Positions 18,707-28,590 are shown, numbered from the stretch's first letter. The stretch: 64,000 nt of DNA from Alphaproteobacteria bacterium (GCA_963667705.1 OY763937.1:3594948-3658947); one strand, 5' to 3'. Translations and numbers: made by a program. Notes: a model not told the origin generated them from the letters alone.

Positions 18707-19581
18707 CCGGCGACGGCTCCCAGGCGGCAGGCGGGGCGCTCGAAGCGCCGCTCGCGCCGCTCGCCGCCGTCGTCGCCCGGCACGGGCTCCAGCCGAGGCG
18801 CGCGCTGGGCCAGCACTTCCTTCTCGATCCGGGGCTGTGCGGACGCATCGCGCGCGCGGCCCGGCCGGGCGAGCCCGCCGTCATTCTGGAGGTTGGGCCG
18901 GGGCCGGGCGGACTGACCAGGGCGCTGCTCGAGGCCGGCGCGTCCCGCATCGTCGCGATCGAGAAGGACCGCCGCTGCGCGGCCGCGCTGCGCGAGCTCG
19001 AGGCGCGCTTTCCCGACCGGCTCCAGGTGATCGAGGGCGATGCGCTGGCCTTCGACATCGCCACCCTGGGCTGCGCCCGCATCGGCATCGTGGCGAACCT
19101 CCCCTACAACGTCGGCACCCGCCTGCTGCTGCGCTGGCTGGAGCGGGTCGCGCTGATCGAGAGCATGACGCTGATGTTCCAGAAGGAAGTGGCGCTCCGG
19201 ATCACCGCGAGCGGCGGGCGGGACTACGGCGGGCTCTCGGTGCGCGCGCAGTGGCTGTGCGCCTGCGAGCGGCTGTTCGACGTGAGCCCGAAGGCGTTCG
19301 TGCCGCCGCCCGCCGTGGTGTCCTCGGTGGTGCGCCTGGTGTCGAGGGCTGCGCCGCTGGCGCCGGCGGAATCCGGCGCCCTCGACCGGGTGACGCGGGC
19401 CGCCTTCGGCCAGCGCCGGAAGATGCTGCGCCGCGCCCTGCGCGGCCTCGCGCCGGACCCGCTCGCCCTGCTGCAGAGCGCCGGCATCGACCCGGAGGCG
19501 CGGGCGGAGACGCTCTCGGTCGCCGATTTCTGCGCCCTGGCGCGGGCCTGGTCGGCGCTGCAACAGGCGGGAGGAGGGTGA
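18703..19581 (+). CDS. rsmA: 16S rRNA (adenine1518/1519-N6)-dimethyltransferase RsmA/KsgA
   Basis: GQHFLLD SAM-binding start, IVANLPYNV catalytic motif; no in-frame ATG upstream of the conserved region, so a TTG at 18703 overlapping the surA stop is proposed (start uncertain). Confidence 0.7.
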   Translation: MTGDGSQAAGGALEAPLAPLAAVVARHGLQPRRALGQHFLLDPGLCGRIARAARPGEPAVILEVGPGPGGLTRALLEAGASRIVAIEKDRRCAAALRELEARFPDRLQVIEGDALAFDIATLGCARIGIVANLPYNVGTRLLLRWLERVALIESMTLMFQKEVALRITASGGRDYGGLSVRAQWLCACERLFDVSPKAFVPPPAVVSSVVRLVSRAAPLAPAESGALDRVTRAAFGQRRKMLRRALRGLAPDPLALLQSAGIDPEARAETLSVADFCALARAWSALQQAGGG

Positions 19582-19667
19582 TTCCGCTTGCCAACGCGCC
19601 CGCCACCCCTTAGTCACCGGGCCATGATTGCGGAACGGGCTCGCGCGCGACGACGAGACGGCTGATC

Positions 19668-19690
19668 CCGCAGCGCCCCCGGCGCTGCGG
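19668..19690 (+). terminator. hairpin downstream of rsmA
   Basis: CCGCAGCGCC-CCC-GGCGCTGCGG, perfect 10-bp stem; no U tract. Confidence 0.4.
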
Positions 19691-19732
19691 CCGCATCACC
19701 CGTGCCCGTCAGTCGGCGAGAGCCCAGCCATC

Positions 19733-20260
19733 ATGACTCCCATTCGGTTTCCCATTCGCAGCGAGCGGCCGCAGGACGGCCCGCAGATCGAAGACCTGCT
19801 CGACCGCGCGTTCGGCGCGGACCGCCACGCCCGCCCCTCCTACCGCCTGCGCGCGGGCATCCCGCCCCTGCGCCCGCTCTGCTTCGTCGCCGAGACGGAG
19901 AGACGCATCGTCGGTGCGATCCGGCACTGGCCGGTGCGCATCGGCGACGCGCGCCCGGCGGTCCTGCTGGGGCCGATCGCCGTGGATCCGGCCTTCGAGC
20001 GGCAGGGGATCGGCACGCGCCTGGTGCAGACCGGCCTCGCTGCGGTGCGGGAAGCGGGGCACGAGGCTGTGGTCGCAGTGGGCACGCCAGCCTATCTGGG
20101 GCGCTTCGGCTTCACTGCGGCGGGCGGATACGGAATCGCGCTCCCCGGCCTCGACGAGCCGCGCCGGCTGCTGGCGCTGGCGCTCGTCCCCGGCGCACTC
20201 GACGGCGCTGGCGGCGTGGTCGCGCGGGTCAGTCCGACCGATCCTCCGGTTCGGCCGTGA
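19733..20260 (+). CDS. GNAT family N-acetyltransferase
   Basis: about 175 aa from ATG 19733; acetyl-CoA binding motif RQGIGTRLV (Q/RxxGxG/A); ORF-track start at 19628 is likely upstream read-through. Confidence 0.65.
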   Translation: MTPIRFPIRSERPQDGPQIEDLLDRAFGADRHARPSYRLRAGIPPLRPLCFVAETERRIVGAIRHWPVRIGDARPAVLLGPIAVDPAFERQGIGTRLVQTGLAAVREAGHEAVVAVGTPAYLGRFGFTAAGGYGIALPGLDEPRRLLALALVPGALDGAGGVVARVSPTDPPVRP

Positions 20261-20903
20261 GGCCGCGCACGAACGCGTCGAGCCCGCGCAGGCGGCTGCG
20301 GCGGAGCCGCTCGGCACGGAGGATCGCCTGCACGTCGGCGACGGCCCGCCCCAGCTCGGTGTTGACCACGACGTAGTCGTACTCGTCGTAGTGGCGCATC
20401 TCGTCGCCGGCGCGGCTCATGCGCTGGGCGACCACGGCCGCGCTGTCCTGGGCGCGGCGCTTGAGCCGCTCCTCCAGCGCCTCCAGCGACGGCGGCAGGA
20501 TGAAGACGCGGACCAGGTCGCCGCGCACCGCCTCTGCAAGCTGCTGGGTGCCCTGCCAGTCGATGTCGAAGATCACGTCGCGGCCGGCATCGCGCGCACT
20601 TTCCACCGGGTCGCGCGCGGTGCCGTACCAGTGGCCGAAGACCTCCGCGCATTCGAGGAAGGCGCCGCGCTCGCGCAGACGCGCGAAGCCGGCCTGGTCG
20701 ACGAAGTGATAGTCGCGACCGTCGATCTCGTCCGGCCGCTTCGGCCGCGTGGTGTGGGAGACCGAGATCGCCAGCCCGTCCCCTTCCAGCTCGACCAGGC
20801 GGCGGGTGATGGTGGTCTTGCCGGCGCCCGAGGGCGAGGACAGAACCAGCAGCAGGCCGCGGCGCTCGAGAGCGCCGTCGTTGCGGGTCGCGGACATGCT
20901 CAC
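20229..20903 (-). CDS. gmk: guanylate kinase
   Basis: 224 aa; P-loop SSPSGAGKTT; SVSHTTRPKRPDEIDGRDYHFV guanylate kinase signature. Confidence 0.92.
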   Translation of the reverse strand: MSMSATRNDGALERRGLLLVLSSPSGAGKTTITRRLVELEGDGLAISVSHTTRPKRPDEIDGRDYHFVDQAGFARLRERGAFLECAEVFGHWYGTARDPVESARDAGRDVIFDIDWQGTQQLAEAVRGDLVRVFILPPSLEALEERLKRRAQDSAAVVAQRMSRAGDEMRHYDEYDYVVVNTELGRAVADVQAILRAERLRRSRLRGLDAFVRGLTAEPEDRSD

Positions 20904-21772
20904 TCCACGTTCTGCGCCTGCTCGCGGAACTGGTCGATCGCCGCCTTGAGCGCGAGGCCGACCTCGGTGAGCGCCGCATCGGAGGCCTTGGAGCAGAGCG
21001 TGTTGGCCTCCCGGTTGAACTCCTGGGCGAGGAAATCGAGCTTGCGCCCGACCGCGCCCTCCTCCTCCAGGTGCCGCGCGGCGGACGCGCAGTGGGACTG
21101 GAGGCGGTCGATCTCCTCGGTCACGTCGATCTTGACGACGAGCAGCGCGAGCTCCGCCGCCAGCCGCTCCTCGGCCAGCGGCGCGCCGGCGCCGATCAGC
21201 GCCGCCACATGCTCCCGAAGCCGCTCTCCCAGCGCCTCCTGTCGCGCCGGCGCCAGCGCCCCGGCCCGGCGGGTGAGCACCGCGATCTCCTCGATCCGCT
21301 CGCCGAGCGCGGCCGCGAGCGCCGCGCCCTCGGCCTGCCGCTCGCGCACCAGCTCCGCGAGCGCGGTCTCGAGCGTCGCCAGCATGGCCGCGTCGTTGTT
21401 GGTCTCGTCGGCCTCGCCCCCGGGCCCCTCGGCCGCCTCGATCACGCCGCGCAGCGCCAGCATCCCGTCGAGGCGGGGCGGCGCGAGACCCTCGGTCCCG
21501 CGATACTCGGCAGCCAGCGCGACCAGCTCGTCGAGCCAGGCCCGGTTGACCCGGAGCGCGACCGCCTCCGGCGCCTGGGAGAGCCTGAGACCCACCGTGA
21601 CGTTGCCGCGCCGGAGCCGTTCCGCGACCGCGCCGCGCACCGCCGGGTCGAGCCGCTCCAGGCCCTGGGGCAGACGGCAGCGCACGTCGAGCCCGCGGCC
21701 GTTCACGCTCTTCACCTCCCAGCTCCAGCCGATGGTGCCGTCGGCGCCGCTCGCCCGCGCGAAGCCGGTCAT
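20900..21772 (-). CDS. yicC: YicC-family stress-induced protein
   Basis: about 290 aa from internal ATG (MTGFARASG..); C-terminal KLDFLAQEFNREANTLCSKA motif typical of YicC; ATGA overlap with gmk. Confidence 0.75.
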   Translation of the reverse strand: MTGFARASGADGTIGWSWEVKSVNGRGLDVRCRLPQGLERLDPAVRGAVAERLRRGNVTVGLRLSQAPEAVALRVNRAWLDELVALAAEYRGTEGLAPPRLDGMLALRGVIEAAEGPGGEADETNNDAAMLATLETALAELVRERQAEGAALAAALGERIEEIAVLTRRAGALAPARQEALGERLREHVAALIGAGAPLAEERLAAELALLVVKIDVTEEIDRLQSHCASAARHLEEEGAVGRKLDFLAQEFNREANTLCSKASDAALTEVGLALKAAIDQFREQAQNVE

Positions 21773-21795
21773 GCTACATATGCCGGTCGTGCCGC

Positions 21796-22794
21796 TCACT
21801 CGCGCTCCGTCTCCACCTGCAGGGCGCGCCAGCGCGCGACGTTGCGGTTGTGCTCGTCGAGGGTCTCGGCGAAGGCATGCCCGCCGGTGCCGTCGGCGAC
21901 GAAATAGAGCGCCGAGGTCTCGGCCGGGTGCAGCACCGCGGCGAGCGACGCGCGCCCGGGGTTGGCGATGGGGCCCGGCGGCAGGCCGCCGTTGCGGTAG
22001 GTGTTGTAGGGGCTGTCCGTCCTGAGGTCGGTGCGGGTCAGCGCGCGGCCCAGCGGCCCCGCGCCGCCGGTGAGCGCATAGATCACGGTGGGGTCGGACT
22101 GCAGCCGCATGCCCTGCCCCAGCCGGTTGAGGAAGACGCCGGCGATCACCGGGCGCTCCTCCGCCGCCGCGGTCTCCTTCTCCACCACGGAGGCCAGCAC
22201 CACCGCCTGCTGCGCATCGTCGAGGCTCACGGCGGGGTCGCGCCCCTGCCAGAGCTCGTCCACCAGGCGCGTCATGTCCACCTGCATGCGCTCGATCAGG
22301 TCGGCGCGGCTGTCGCCCAGCCCGTAGTGATAGGTCTCGGGCAGGAGCGAGCCTTCCGCCGGCACCCTCGTGACCTCGCCCTCGAGCCCCGGCGCGGCGC
22401 GCAGCGCGGCCACGACCTCGGCGCTGGTCATGCCCTCGGCGACGGTGAGCCGGCGCACCACGGTGTCGCCCGCGACCAGCTTCTCCATCACGCCGCGCGG
22501 CGTGATCAGCGCCTCGAACGCGTACTCGCCGGCCTGCAGCGCGTGCTCCCGGTTCTCGAGCCAGAGACCGGCGACGAAGAGCACGGGGTCGTCGATGACG
22601 CCGGCCTCGGCCAGCCGGTCGGCGATGTCGAAGGCGCCCTCCCCCTGGGGCAGCACCACGGCGATCTCCTCGCGCGCCGGACCCGGCGTGTCGTACCGGC
22701 CGTGCACGTAGAGCCAGCCCGCGATCGCGAGCACCACGGCGAGGCCGAAGACGACCGCCAAGCCCGTCAGCGGCCACAGGACGGCGCGCCTCAT
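21796..22794 (-). CDS. mltG: endolytic murein transglycosylase MltG (YceG)
   Basis: 332 aa; N-terminal TM; conserved SDPTVIYAL and SPYNTY..GLPPGPIANPG YceG motifs. Confidence 0.85.
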   Translation of the reverse strand: MRRAVLWPLTGLAVVFGLAVVLAIAGWLYVHGRYDTPGPAREEIAVVLPQGEGAFDIADRLAEAGVIDDPVLFVAGLWLENREHALQAGEYAFEALITPRGVMEKLVAGDTVVRRLTVAEGMTSAEVVAALRAAPGLEGEVTRVPAEGSLLPETYHYGLGDSRADLIERMQVDMTRLVDELWQGRDPAVSLDDAQQAVVLASVVEKETAAAEERPVIAGVFLNRLGQGMRLQSDPTVIYALTGGAGPLGRALTRTDLRTDSPYNTYRNGGLPPGPIANPGRASLAAVLHPAETSALYFVADGTGGHAFAETLDEHNRNVARWRALQVETERE

Positions 22795-22806
22795 CGCCCG
22801 CCCTGC

Positions 22807-24084
22807 TTACGAGAGACGGCCTGCGATGACCGTGGCGTTGGTGCCGCCGAACCCGAAGGAGTTGGACAGCGCCCGCTCGACCTTGCGCTCCCTGGCCTGG
22901 TGCGGAACCAGGTCCAGATCGCAGCCCGGCGAGGGGTTGTCGAGATTGAGCGTCGGCGGAACCACGCCGTGGTTGATCGCGAGGATCGAGAAGATCAGCT
23001 CGACGCTGCCCGCCGCGCCGAGCAGGTGCCCGATCGACGACTTGGTGGACGACATCGAGAGCCGCTCCGCGTCATCGCCGAAGAGGCGCTTGACGGCGCC
23101 CAGCTCGATCTCGTCCCCGAGCGGCGTCGAGGTGCCGTGCGCGTTGATGTAGTCGATCTCGTCGGTGTTGAGCTCGGCGGTCCTGAGCGCATGCGCCATG
23201 GAGCGGTAGCCGCCGGAGCCGTCCGGCGCAGGCGCGGTGACGTGGTGGGCGTCGCCGCTCATGCCGTAGCCGAGGATTTCGGCGTAGATGGTGGCGCCGC
23301 GTGCCTTGGCGTGCTCCAGCGCCTCCAGCACCACCACGCCGGCGCCCTCGCCCATCACGAATCCGTCACGCGCCTCGTCCCAGGGGCGGGAGGCGCGCTC
23401 CGGCTCCTCGTTGAAGTTGGTCGAGAGCGCGCGGGCCGCGGCGAATCCGGCGACGCCGATGTGGCAGACCCCCGCCTCCGCGCCGCCTGCCACCATCACG
23501 TCCGCATCGCCGCGCCGGATGAGGTGCGCCGCATCGCCGATGGCATGGGCCCCGGTCGAGCACGCGGTCACCACCGCGTGATTGGGCCCGCGGAAGCCGT
23601 AGCGGATCGAGACGTGGCCCGAGGCCAGGTTGATGAGACTGGAGGGGATGAAGAAGGGGCTCAGCCGCCTCGGGCCCTTCTCGGCCACGAGCACGGTCGC
23701 CGCCTCGATGGTCTTGAGCCCGCCGATGCCGGAGCCGATCATCACCCCGGTTCGCTCCTGGCTCTTCTCGTCCTCGGGCGTCCAGCCGGAATCCTCCACC
23801 GCCTCCACCGCGGCGCACAGCGCGTAGACGATGAAGTCGTCCATCTTGCGCAGATCCTTGGTGGGGACGATGTCGGCCGGTCGGAAGGCGCCCTCATCCT
23901 CGCCGGAGGGGATCTCGCCCGCGATCTTGACCGGCAGGTCGCTGGGATCGAAGCCCTCGATGCGCGCGATGCCCGAGCGGCCCTCGACAAGCCGTTCCCA
24001 GCTCAGGCGCGCGCCGTTGGCGAGCGGCGACACCATGCCGAGGCCGGTGACCACCACCCTGCGCGCCGAATCAGCGCTGCGCAT
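22807..24084 (-). CDS. fabF: beta-ketoacyl-ACP synthase II
   Basis: 425 aa; RRVVVTGLGMVSPL start; active-site ACSTGAHAIG (Cys) and ..H..TSTPLGD.., GHLLGAAG motifs. Confidence 0.95.
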   Translation of the reverse strand: MRSADSARRVVVTGLGMVSPLANGARLSWERLVEGRSGIARIEGFDPSDLPVKIAGEIPSGEDEGAFRPADIVPTKDLRKMDDFIVYALCAAVEAVEDSGWTPEDEKSQERTGVMIGSGIGGLKTIEAATVLVAEKGPRRLSPFFIPSSLINLASGHVSIRYGFRGPNHAVVTACSTGAHAIGDAAHLIRRGDADVMVAGGAEAGVCHIGVAGFAAARALSTNFNEEPERASRPWDEARDGFVMGEGAGVVVLEALEHAKARGATIYAEILGYGMSGDAHHVTAPAPDGSGGYRSMAHALRTAELNTDEIDYINAHGTSTPLGDEIELGAVKRLFGDDAERLSMSSTKSSIGHLLGAAGSVELIFSILAINHGVVPPTLNLDNPSPGCDLDLVPHQARERKVERALSNSFGFGGTNATVIAGRLS

Positions 24085-24153
24085 GCCCGGCTCTCCGGAA
24101 GTCCAGTTTCCGCGTCGGCGGCGTCCGCGCCATCGGCCTCTCTGGCCGCCCCG

Positions 24154-24393
24154 TCAGGTGATCTGCTCGATGTGGTCGATGGCGTCCTTCACCGTGAGGA
24201 TTTTCTCGGCGGCGTCATCGGGAATCTCGCAGCCGAACTCCTCCTCGAAGGCCATCACGAGCTCGACCGTGTCGAGACTGTCCGCACCGAGATCGTCGAT
24301 GAAGCTCGCATTCTCGGTCACCTTTTCCTCTTCGATGCCAAGGTGATCGACGACGATCTTCTTGACGCGCGCGGCGATATCGTTATCGCTCAT
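24154..24393 (-). CDS. acpP: acyl carrier protein
   Basis: 79 aa; [20 protein letters not shown] phosphopantetheine attachment site. Confidence 0.97.
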   Translation of the reverse strand: MSDNDIAARVKKIVVDHLGIEEEKVTENASFIDDLGADSLDTVELVMAFEEEFGCEIPDDAAEKILTVKDAIDHIEQIT

Positions 24394-24678
24394 GTAACCT
24401 TCCCTCGTGCGACTGCGTGGACAGGCTCGCTGGTCTGAACCAGCGCAAAGCGGTCCCGTGCGGCTTCCGCGTCCCTGATTCGGGCCGCGCCGCGCGTACG
24501 GACGGAGCGGTTGTTAACACATTTCTTGGCGATACTCCATACGCTCGCACACGAGAACCATGCGTATCCGCCCCATTCCGCCGCCGGCAGGTCCCGCGCA
24601 GCGCAGGCAAGCCCCCCGCCGCCCCGACAGGCCGCGCCGCTTCGCCTGCGCACCGCCAAAATCGACCGGCGCTCACCC

Positions 24679-25572
24679 GTGAGCGGGAACGCGGCACCGC
24701 CCGCCGCGTCCGGGCGCCGGCGCCTGGTGCTGGGCGGGGCGCTGGTGGCGGCGGCAGGGCTCATGTTCGCGCTCGCCGGCATGGGCATCAAGATGGCGGA
24801 GGAGAGCCTCCCCAGCACGCACGTCCTGTTCTGGCGCAACGTGCTCAGCCTCGCGATCCTCGTGCCCTGGGTCGTCCGGCACTGGCCCCGCTCGCTGCGC
24901 CCGGCGCACTCGGGGCTCATGGCGATGCGCGCCGTCGCGCTGGTGGCGGCGCTCTTCTGCTACTACCACGCGGTCAGCGTGCTCCCGCTCGCCGAGGCGG
25001 TGCTGCTGAACTTCAGCGCGCCGATCTTCGTGCCCGTGCTGGGCTTCCTGCTGTTCCGCTTCGCCCTCGACCCGCGGGCGGTGGCGGCGGTGCTGATCGG
25101 CTTCGCCGGTGTCGTGCTGATCCTCAAGCCCGGGACGGCGTTCTTCCAGCCGGCGGCCCTGATCGGCCTCGCCTCCGGCATCCTGGGCGGGCTTTCCGCC
25201 GTCGCCATCTGGCGCATGCCGGCGCACGAGGACCCCTTCCGCATCGCCGTCTACTTCGCGGCGTTCGGGATCGTCGCCACGCTCGCGCCGGTCCTGATGG
25301 ACCCCACCCTGCCGGCGCCCGAGGCCTGGCCCTGGCTGGTCCTGCTCGGCGCCTGCTCGACCGCCGCCCACGTGCTCTTTGCCAAGGGCTGCCTGATCGC
25401 GCCTGCCGACCGGGTCGGCACGCTGGTCTACACCGCGGTGGTCTTCGCCGCGCTCTTCGGCTGGCTCTTCTGGGGCGAGCACCTGGACTGGCTGATGGCC
25501 GGCGGCACGGTGCTGATCATCGGCGCCGGCGTCATCGCGGTGCGCGCCGGCGTGCCGCGCCGACGAGACTAG
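24679..25572 (+). CDS. DMT-superfamily (EamA-like) transporter
   Basis: about 10 TM helices with duplicated EamA pattern; first TM begins at LVLGGALVAAAGLMFAL so a GTG start at 24679 is proposed (the ORF-track ATG at 24511 would add a 56-aa non-membrane leader); stop overlaps fabG stop on opposite strand (CTAG). Confidence 0.6.
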   Translation: MSGNAAPPAASGRRRLVLGGALVAAAGLMFALAGMGIKMAEESLPSTHVLFWRNVLSLAILVPWVVRHWPRSLRPAHSGLMAMRAVALVAALFCYYHAVSVLPLAEAVLLNFSAPIFVPVLGFLLFRFALDPRAVAAVLIGFAGVVLILKPGTAFFQPAALIGLASGILGGLSAVAIWRMPAHEDPFRIAVYFAAFGIVATLAPVLMDPTLPAPEAWPWLVLLGACSTAAHVLFAKGCLIAPADRVGTLVYTAVVFAALFGWLFWGEHLDWLMAGGTVLIIGAGVIAVRAGVPRRRD

Positions 25573-26306
25573 ATCATCGCCATGCCGCCGTTGACGTGGA
25601 GCGTCTGCCCGGTGACGTAGCGCGCCTCCTCGCTCGCGAGGTAGACGCAGGCCGCGGCCACGTCGCCGCCCTCGCCGAAGCAGCCGGCGGGAATGGCGCC
25701 GAGCAGCGCCTCGCGCCGGGCCTCGGGCAGCGCCTCGGTCATCGCCGTCTCGATGAAGCCGGGAGCGACGCAGTTGGCGGTGATGCCGCGCGCAGCGGCC
25801 TCTGCGGCGAGCGCCTTCACCATGCCGGCGAGACCGGCCTTGGAGGCGGCGTAGTTCGCCTGCCCGGGATTGCCGGTGGTGCCCACCACCGAGGTGATGA
25901 AGACGAGCCGCCCCCAGCGCTGCCTGATCATGCCGCGCAGGCAGGCGCGCGCGAGCACGAAGCCCGCGCTGAGATTGACCTCCAGCACCTCCTGCCAGTC
26001 CTCGTCCTTCATGCGGAGGGCGAGGCCGTCGCGGGTGATGCCGCCGCAGTGGACCAGGATCGAGGGCTGCCCCAGCGCCTCGGCCGCCCGCTCCGGCAGG
26101 GCGGCGAGCGCGTCGCGGTCGGCGAGGTCGCAGGGCAGCGCGTGCGCGCCCGGTCCGAGCCGTTCGGCCAGTGCCTCCAGCGCATCGGCCCGCCGGCCGG
26201 AGAGCGCCACCTGCGCCCCCTGCCCGTGGAGCGCCCCGGCGATGGCACCGCCGATGCCGCCAGAGGCGCCTGTGACCAGCGCCACCTTGCCTGAGAGATC
26301 GAACAT
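25569..26306 (-). CDS. fabG: 3-oxoacyl-ACP reductase
   Basis: 245 aa; GKVALVTGASGGIG Rossmann motif, catalytic YAASKAG; position between fabD and acpP. Confidence 0.93.
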   Translation of the reverse strand: MFDLSGKVALVTGASGGIGGAIAGALHGQGAQVALSGRRADALEALAERLGPGAHALPCDLADRDALAALPERAAEALGQPSILVHCGGITRDGLALRMKDEDWQEVLEVNLSAGFVLARACLRGMIRQRWGRLVFITSVVGTTGNPGQANYAASKAGLAGMVKALAAEAAARGITANCVAPGFIETAMTEALPEARREALLGAIPAGCFGEGGDVAAACVYLASEEARYVTGQTLHVNGGMAMI

Positions 26307-26325
26307 GCTTCGCCTCTCCCCCTGC

Positions 26326-27267
26326 CTATGCCCGTTCCAGAAGAGCCTCGACCCCGGACGCCGTGCCCACGGCGCTGGCGCCGAGCGAGCGGTCGATACG
26401 GCGTGCGAGCCCGGTGAGCACCTTGCCCGCGCCGGCCTCGATCAACGTGTCGACGCCCGCGCCTGCCATGTACTGCACGCTCTCGCGCCAGCGCACCATC
26501 GCCGTCACCTGCCGCACCAGCAGCGCGGGCACCCCGGACGCCTCGCGGACCGACCGCGCGGTCACGTTGGCCACCACCGGGACGGCGAGCGGCGTGAAGG
26601 AGACCTCTTCGAACGCCTCTTCCATGACCTCTGCCGCCGGCGCCAGCAGCGGCGAATGGAAGGGCGCGCTCACCGGCAGCATCACGGCGCGCTTGATGCC
26701 CTGCTCCGGCGCCAGCGCGACCGCGCGCTCCACCGCCGCAGCCGCGCCGCTGATCACCACCTGGCCCGGCGCGTTGTCGTTGCCGACCACGCAGACCTCG
26801 CCCTCGGCCGCGGCCCGGGCGATCGCCTCCGCCTGCCCGATGTCCGCGCCGATGAGCGCGGCCATGGCGCCGGCGCCGACCGGCACCGCAGCCTGCATCG
26901 CCTCGCCGCGCAGGCGCAGCAGGCGCGCCGAATCCGCCACCGCGAGGCAGCCGGCGGCGGTGAGCGCGGTGTACTCGCCCAGCGAATGGCCGGCGACGAA
27001 GGCGGCCCGCTCGGCAATCCGCCAGCCGCCCTCCGCCTCGAGCGCGCGGACCACAGCGACGGAGACGGCCATGAGCGCCGGCTGCGCGTTCCGGGTGAGC
27101 GTGAGCTCGCCCTCGTCGCCCTCGAACATCAGCCGCGAAAGCGGCTCGCCGAGAGCCTCGTCGACCTCCTCGAACACCGCGCGGGCGGCGGGGAAGGCGT
27201 CGTGCAGGTCGCGCCCCATGCCGACCGTCTGGGACCCCTGTCCGGGAAAGATGATGGCTGTCGTCAT
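26326..27267 (-). CDS. fabD: malonyl CoA-ACP transacylase
   Basis: 313 aa; FPGQGSQ start motif and active-site GHSLGEY. Confidence 0.95.
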   Translation of the reverse strand: MTTAIIFPGQGSQTVGMGRDLHDAFPAARAVFEEVDEALGEPLSRLMFEGDEGELTLTRNAQPALMAVSVAVVRALEAEGGWRIAERAAFVAGHSLGEYTALTAAGCLAVADSARLLRLRGEAMQAAVPVGAGAMAALIGADIGQAEAIARAAAEGEVCVVGNDNAPGQVVISGAAAAVERAVALAPEQGIKRAVMLPVSAPFHSPLLAPAAEVMEEAFEEVSFTPLAVPVVANVTARSVREASGVPALLVRQVTAMVRWRESVQYMAGAGVDTLIEAGAGKVLTGLARRIDRSLGASAVGTASGVEALLERA

Positions 27268-27376
27268 CCGGGAAACTCGCGACCGCCGCGCTACTCACCA
27301 CGCGGCCCGGCACCTGTCAAGCGAACCGGGTTGCGGGTCGTGCTCCGGGGCCGACCGGCGGGCCCTTTTGCGCCGT

Positions 27377-27440
27377 GCGCGGGACCTTCCAGGCCCGCTT
27401 GACTGCTCCGCGCGCGGGACCTTTCAGGCCCGCGCGACTG
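27377..27440. repeat. 29-bp tandem direct repeat (2 copies, 26/29 identical) in fabD / rpsF divergent region
   Basis: GCGCGGGACCTTCCAGGCCCGCTTGACTG (27377-27405) and GCGCGGGACCTTTCAGGCCCGCGCGACTG (27412-27440). Confidence 0.8.
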
Positions 27441-27452
27441 GCCCCGCGCCGC

Positions 27453-27480
27453 TTGCGCCCCTGCGGCGATGCTGTATAGT
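27453..27480 (+). promoter_or_regulatory. putative sigma70-type promoter of rpsF-rpsR-rplI
   Basis: TTGCGC-N16-TATAGT about 90 nt upstream of rpsF ATG. Confidence 0.35.
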
Positions 27481-27566
27481 CCGCCGCCTGTGATTTCCGC
27501 CCTGCCGCGGGGCGGGCCGCGCGTGCGTTCGCGCGCCGCGATCGGTATTCAGGAGATCAGCGCCGC

Positions 27567-28133
27567 ATGCCGCTCTACGAGAGCACGTTTATCGCACGTC
27601 CCGACATCTCGTCCCAGCAGGTGGACGGCCTCGCCGAGCAGTTCCGCGAGATCCTCAAGGAGGCCGGCGGCGAGGTCGCCAAGACGGAGTACTGGGGCCT
27701 GCGCAGTCTGGCCTACCGGATCAAGAAGAACCGCAAGGGCCACTACTACTTCATGAACATCGACGCGCCGCCGGATGCGATCACCGCGATGGAGCGCACC
27801 ATGCGCATCAACGAGGACGTGATCCGCTACCTGACGGTGCGGGTGGACGAGCACGACCCCAATCCGGCGCCGCTCACCCAGTCGCGCGGACGCGGACGCG
27901 GCGAGGGCCGCGGCGGGCGTGGCGGGCGCTGGGAAGGCCGCGGCGAGGGCAGACGCCGGGACGACGAGGGCGCGCCGGCCGTACGCCGCGATGGCGGCGA
28001 GCGTGGCGAGCGGCGCGAGGCCGCGCCGGCAGGCGATGGAGCCCCGCCGGCAGGCGACGCGGCCCCGCCGGCGGCCGAGAGCGGCGCGGGCGAAGCCGGC
28101 GCCGGCGGCGCCGAGGAGAAGAGCGATGGCTGA
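27567..28133 (+). CDS. rpsF: 30S ribosomal protein S6 with long RG-rich/acidic C-terminal tail
   Basis: [34 protein letters not shown]6 core (about 100 aa) followed by about 85 aa of [28 protein letters not shown].. low complexity; AGGAG RBS 10 nt upstream. Confidence 0.9.
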   Translation: MPLYESTFIARPDISSQQVDGLAEQFREILKEAGGEVAKTEYWGLRSLAYRIKKNRKGHYYFMNIDAPPDAITAMERTMRINEDVIRYLTVRVDEHDPNPAPLTQSRGRGRGEGRGGRGGRWEGRGEGRRRDDEGAPAVRRDGGERGERREAAPAGDGAPPAGDAAPPAAESGAGEAGAGGAEEKSDG

Positions 28134-28539
28134 AGGCGAACGGAGCGAGGGCGCCCCGCAGCCCGCAGGCGAAGGCAGGCCCGCTGCGGCAGGCGGCGAA
28201 GGCAGGCCCGCAGGGCCGGGCGGCCCCCGCAGGGAGGGTGGCTTCGGCGGCCCCCGCCACGGCGGCCACCACGACCGGGGCCGGGGTGGCGGCGGCGTGC
28301 CCGTGGTCTCCTTCCCCAGGCGCCCCTTCTTCCGCCGCAAGAAGTCCTGCCCCTTCAGCGGGCCCAACGCGCCCAAGATCGACTACCGCGACGTCAAGCT
28401 GCTGCAGCGCTTTCTCTCCGAGCGGGGCAAGATCGTGCCGAGCCGCATCACCGCCGTCTCGGCCAAGAAGCAGCGGGAGCTCGCCCGCGCGATCAAGCGC
28501 GCGCGCCATTTGGCGCTGCTGCCTTACGTCATCAAGTAG
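28126..28539 (+). CDS. rpsR: 30S ribosomal protein S18 with RG/G-rich N-terminal extension
   Basis: Conserved S18 core [61 protein letters not shown]; ATG at 28126 overlaps rpsF stop (ATGGCTGA); exact start of extension uncertain. Confidence 0.8.
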   Translation: MAEGERSEGAPQPAGEGRPAAAGGEGRPAGPGGPRREGGFGGPRHGGHHDRGRGGGGVPVVSFPRRPFFRRKKSCPFSGPNAPKIDYRDVKLLQRFLSERGKIVPSRITAVSAKKQRELARAIKRARHLALLPYVIK

Positions 28540-28590
28540 CATAGGACCGCCGGCCGCCTCCGGCTGATCCGCCAAGCGGGGAACAGGGGC

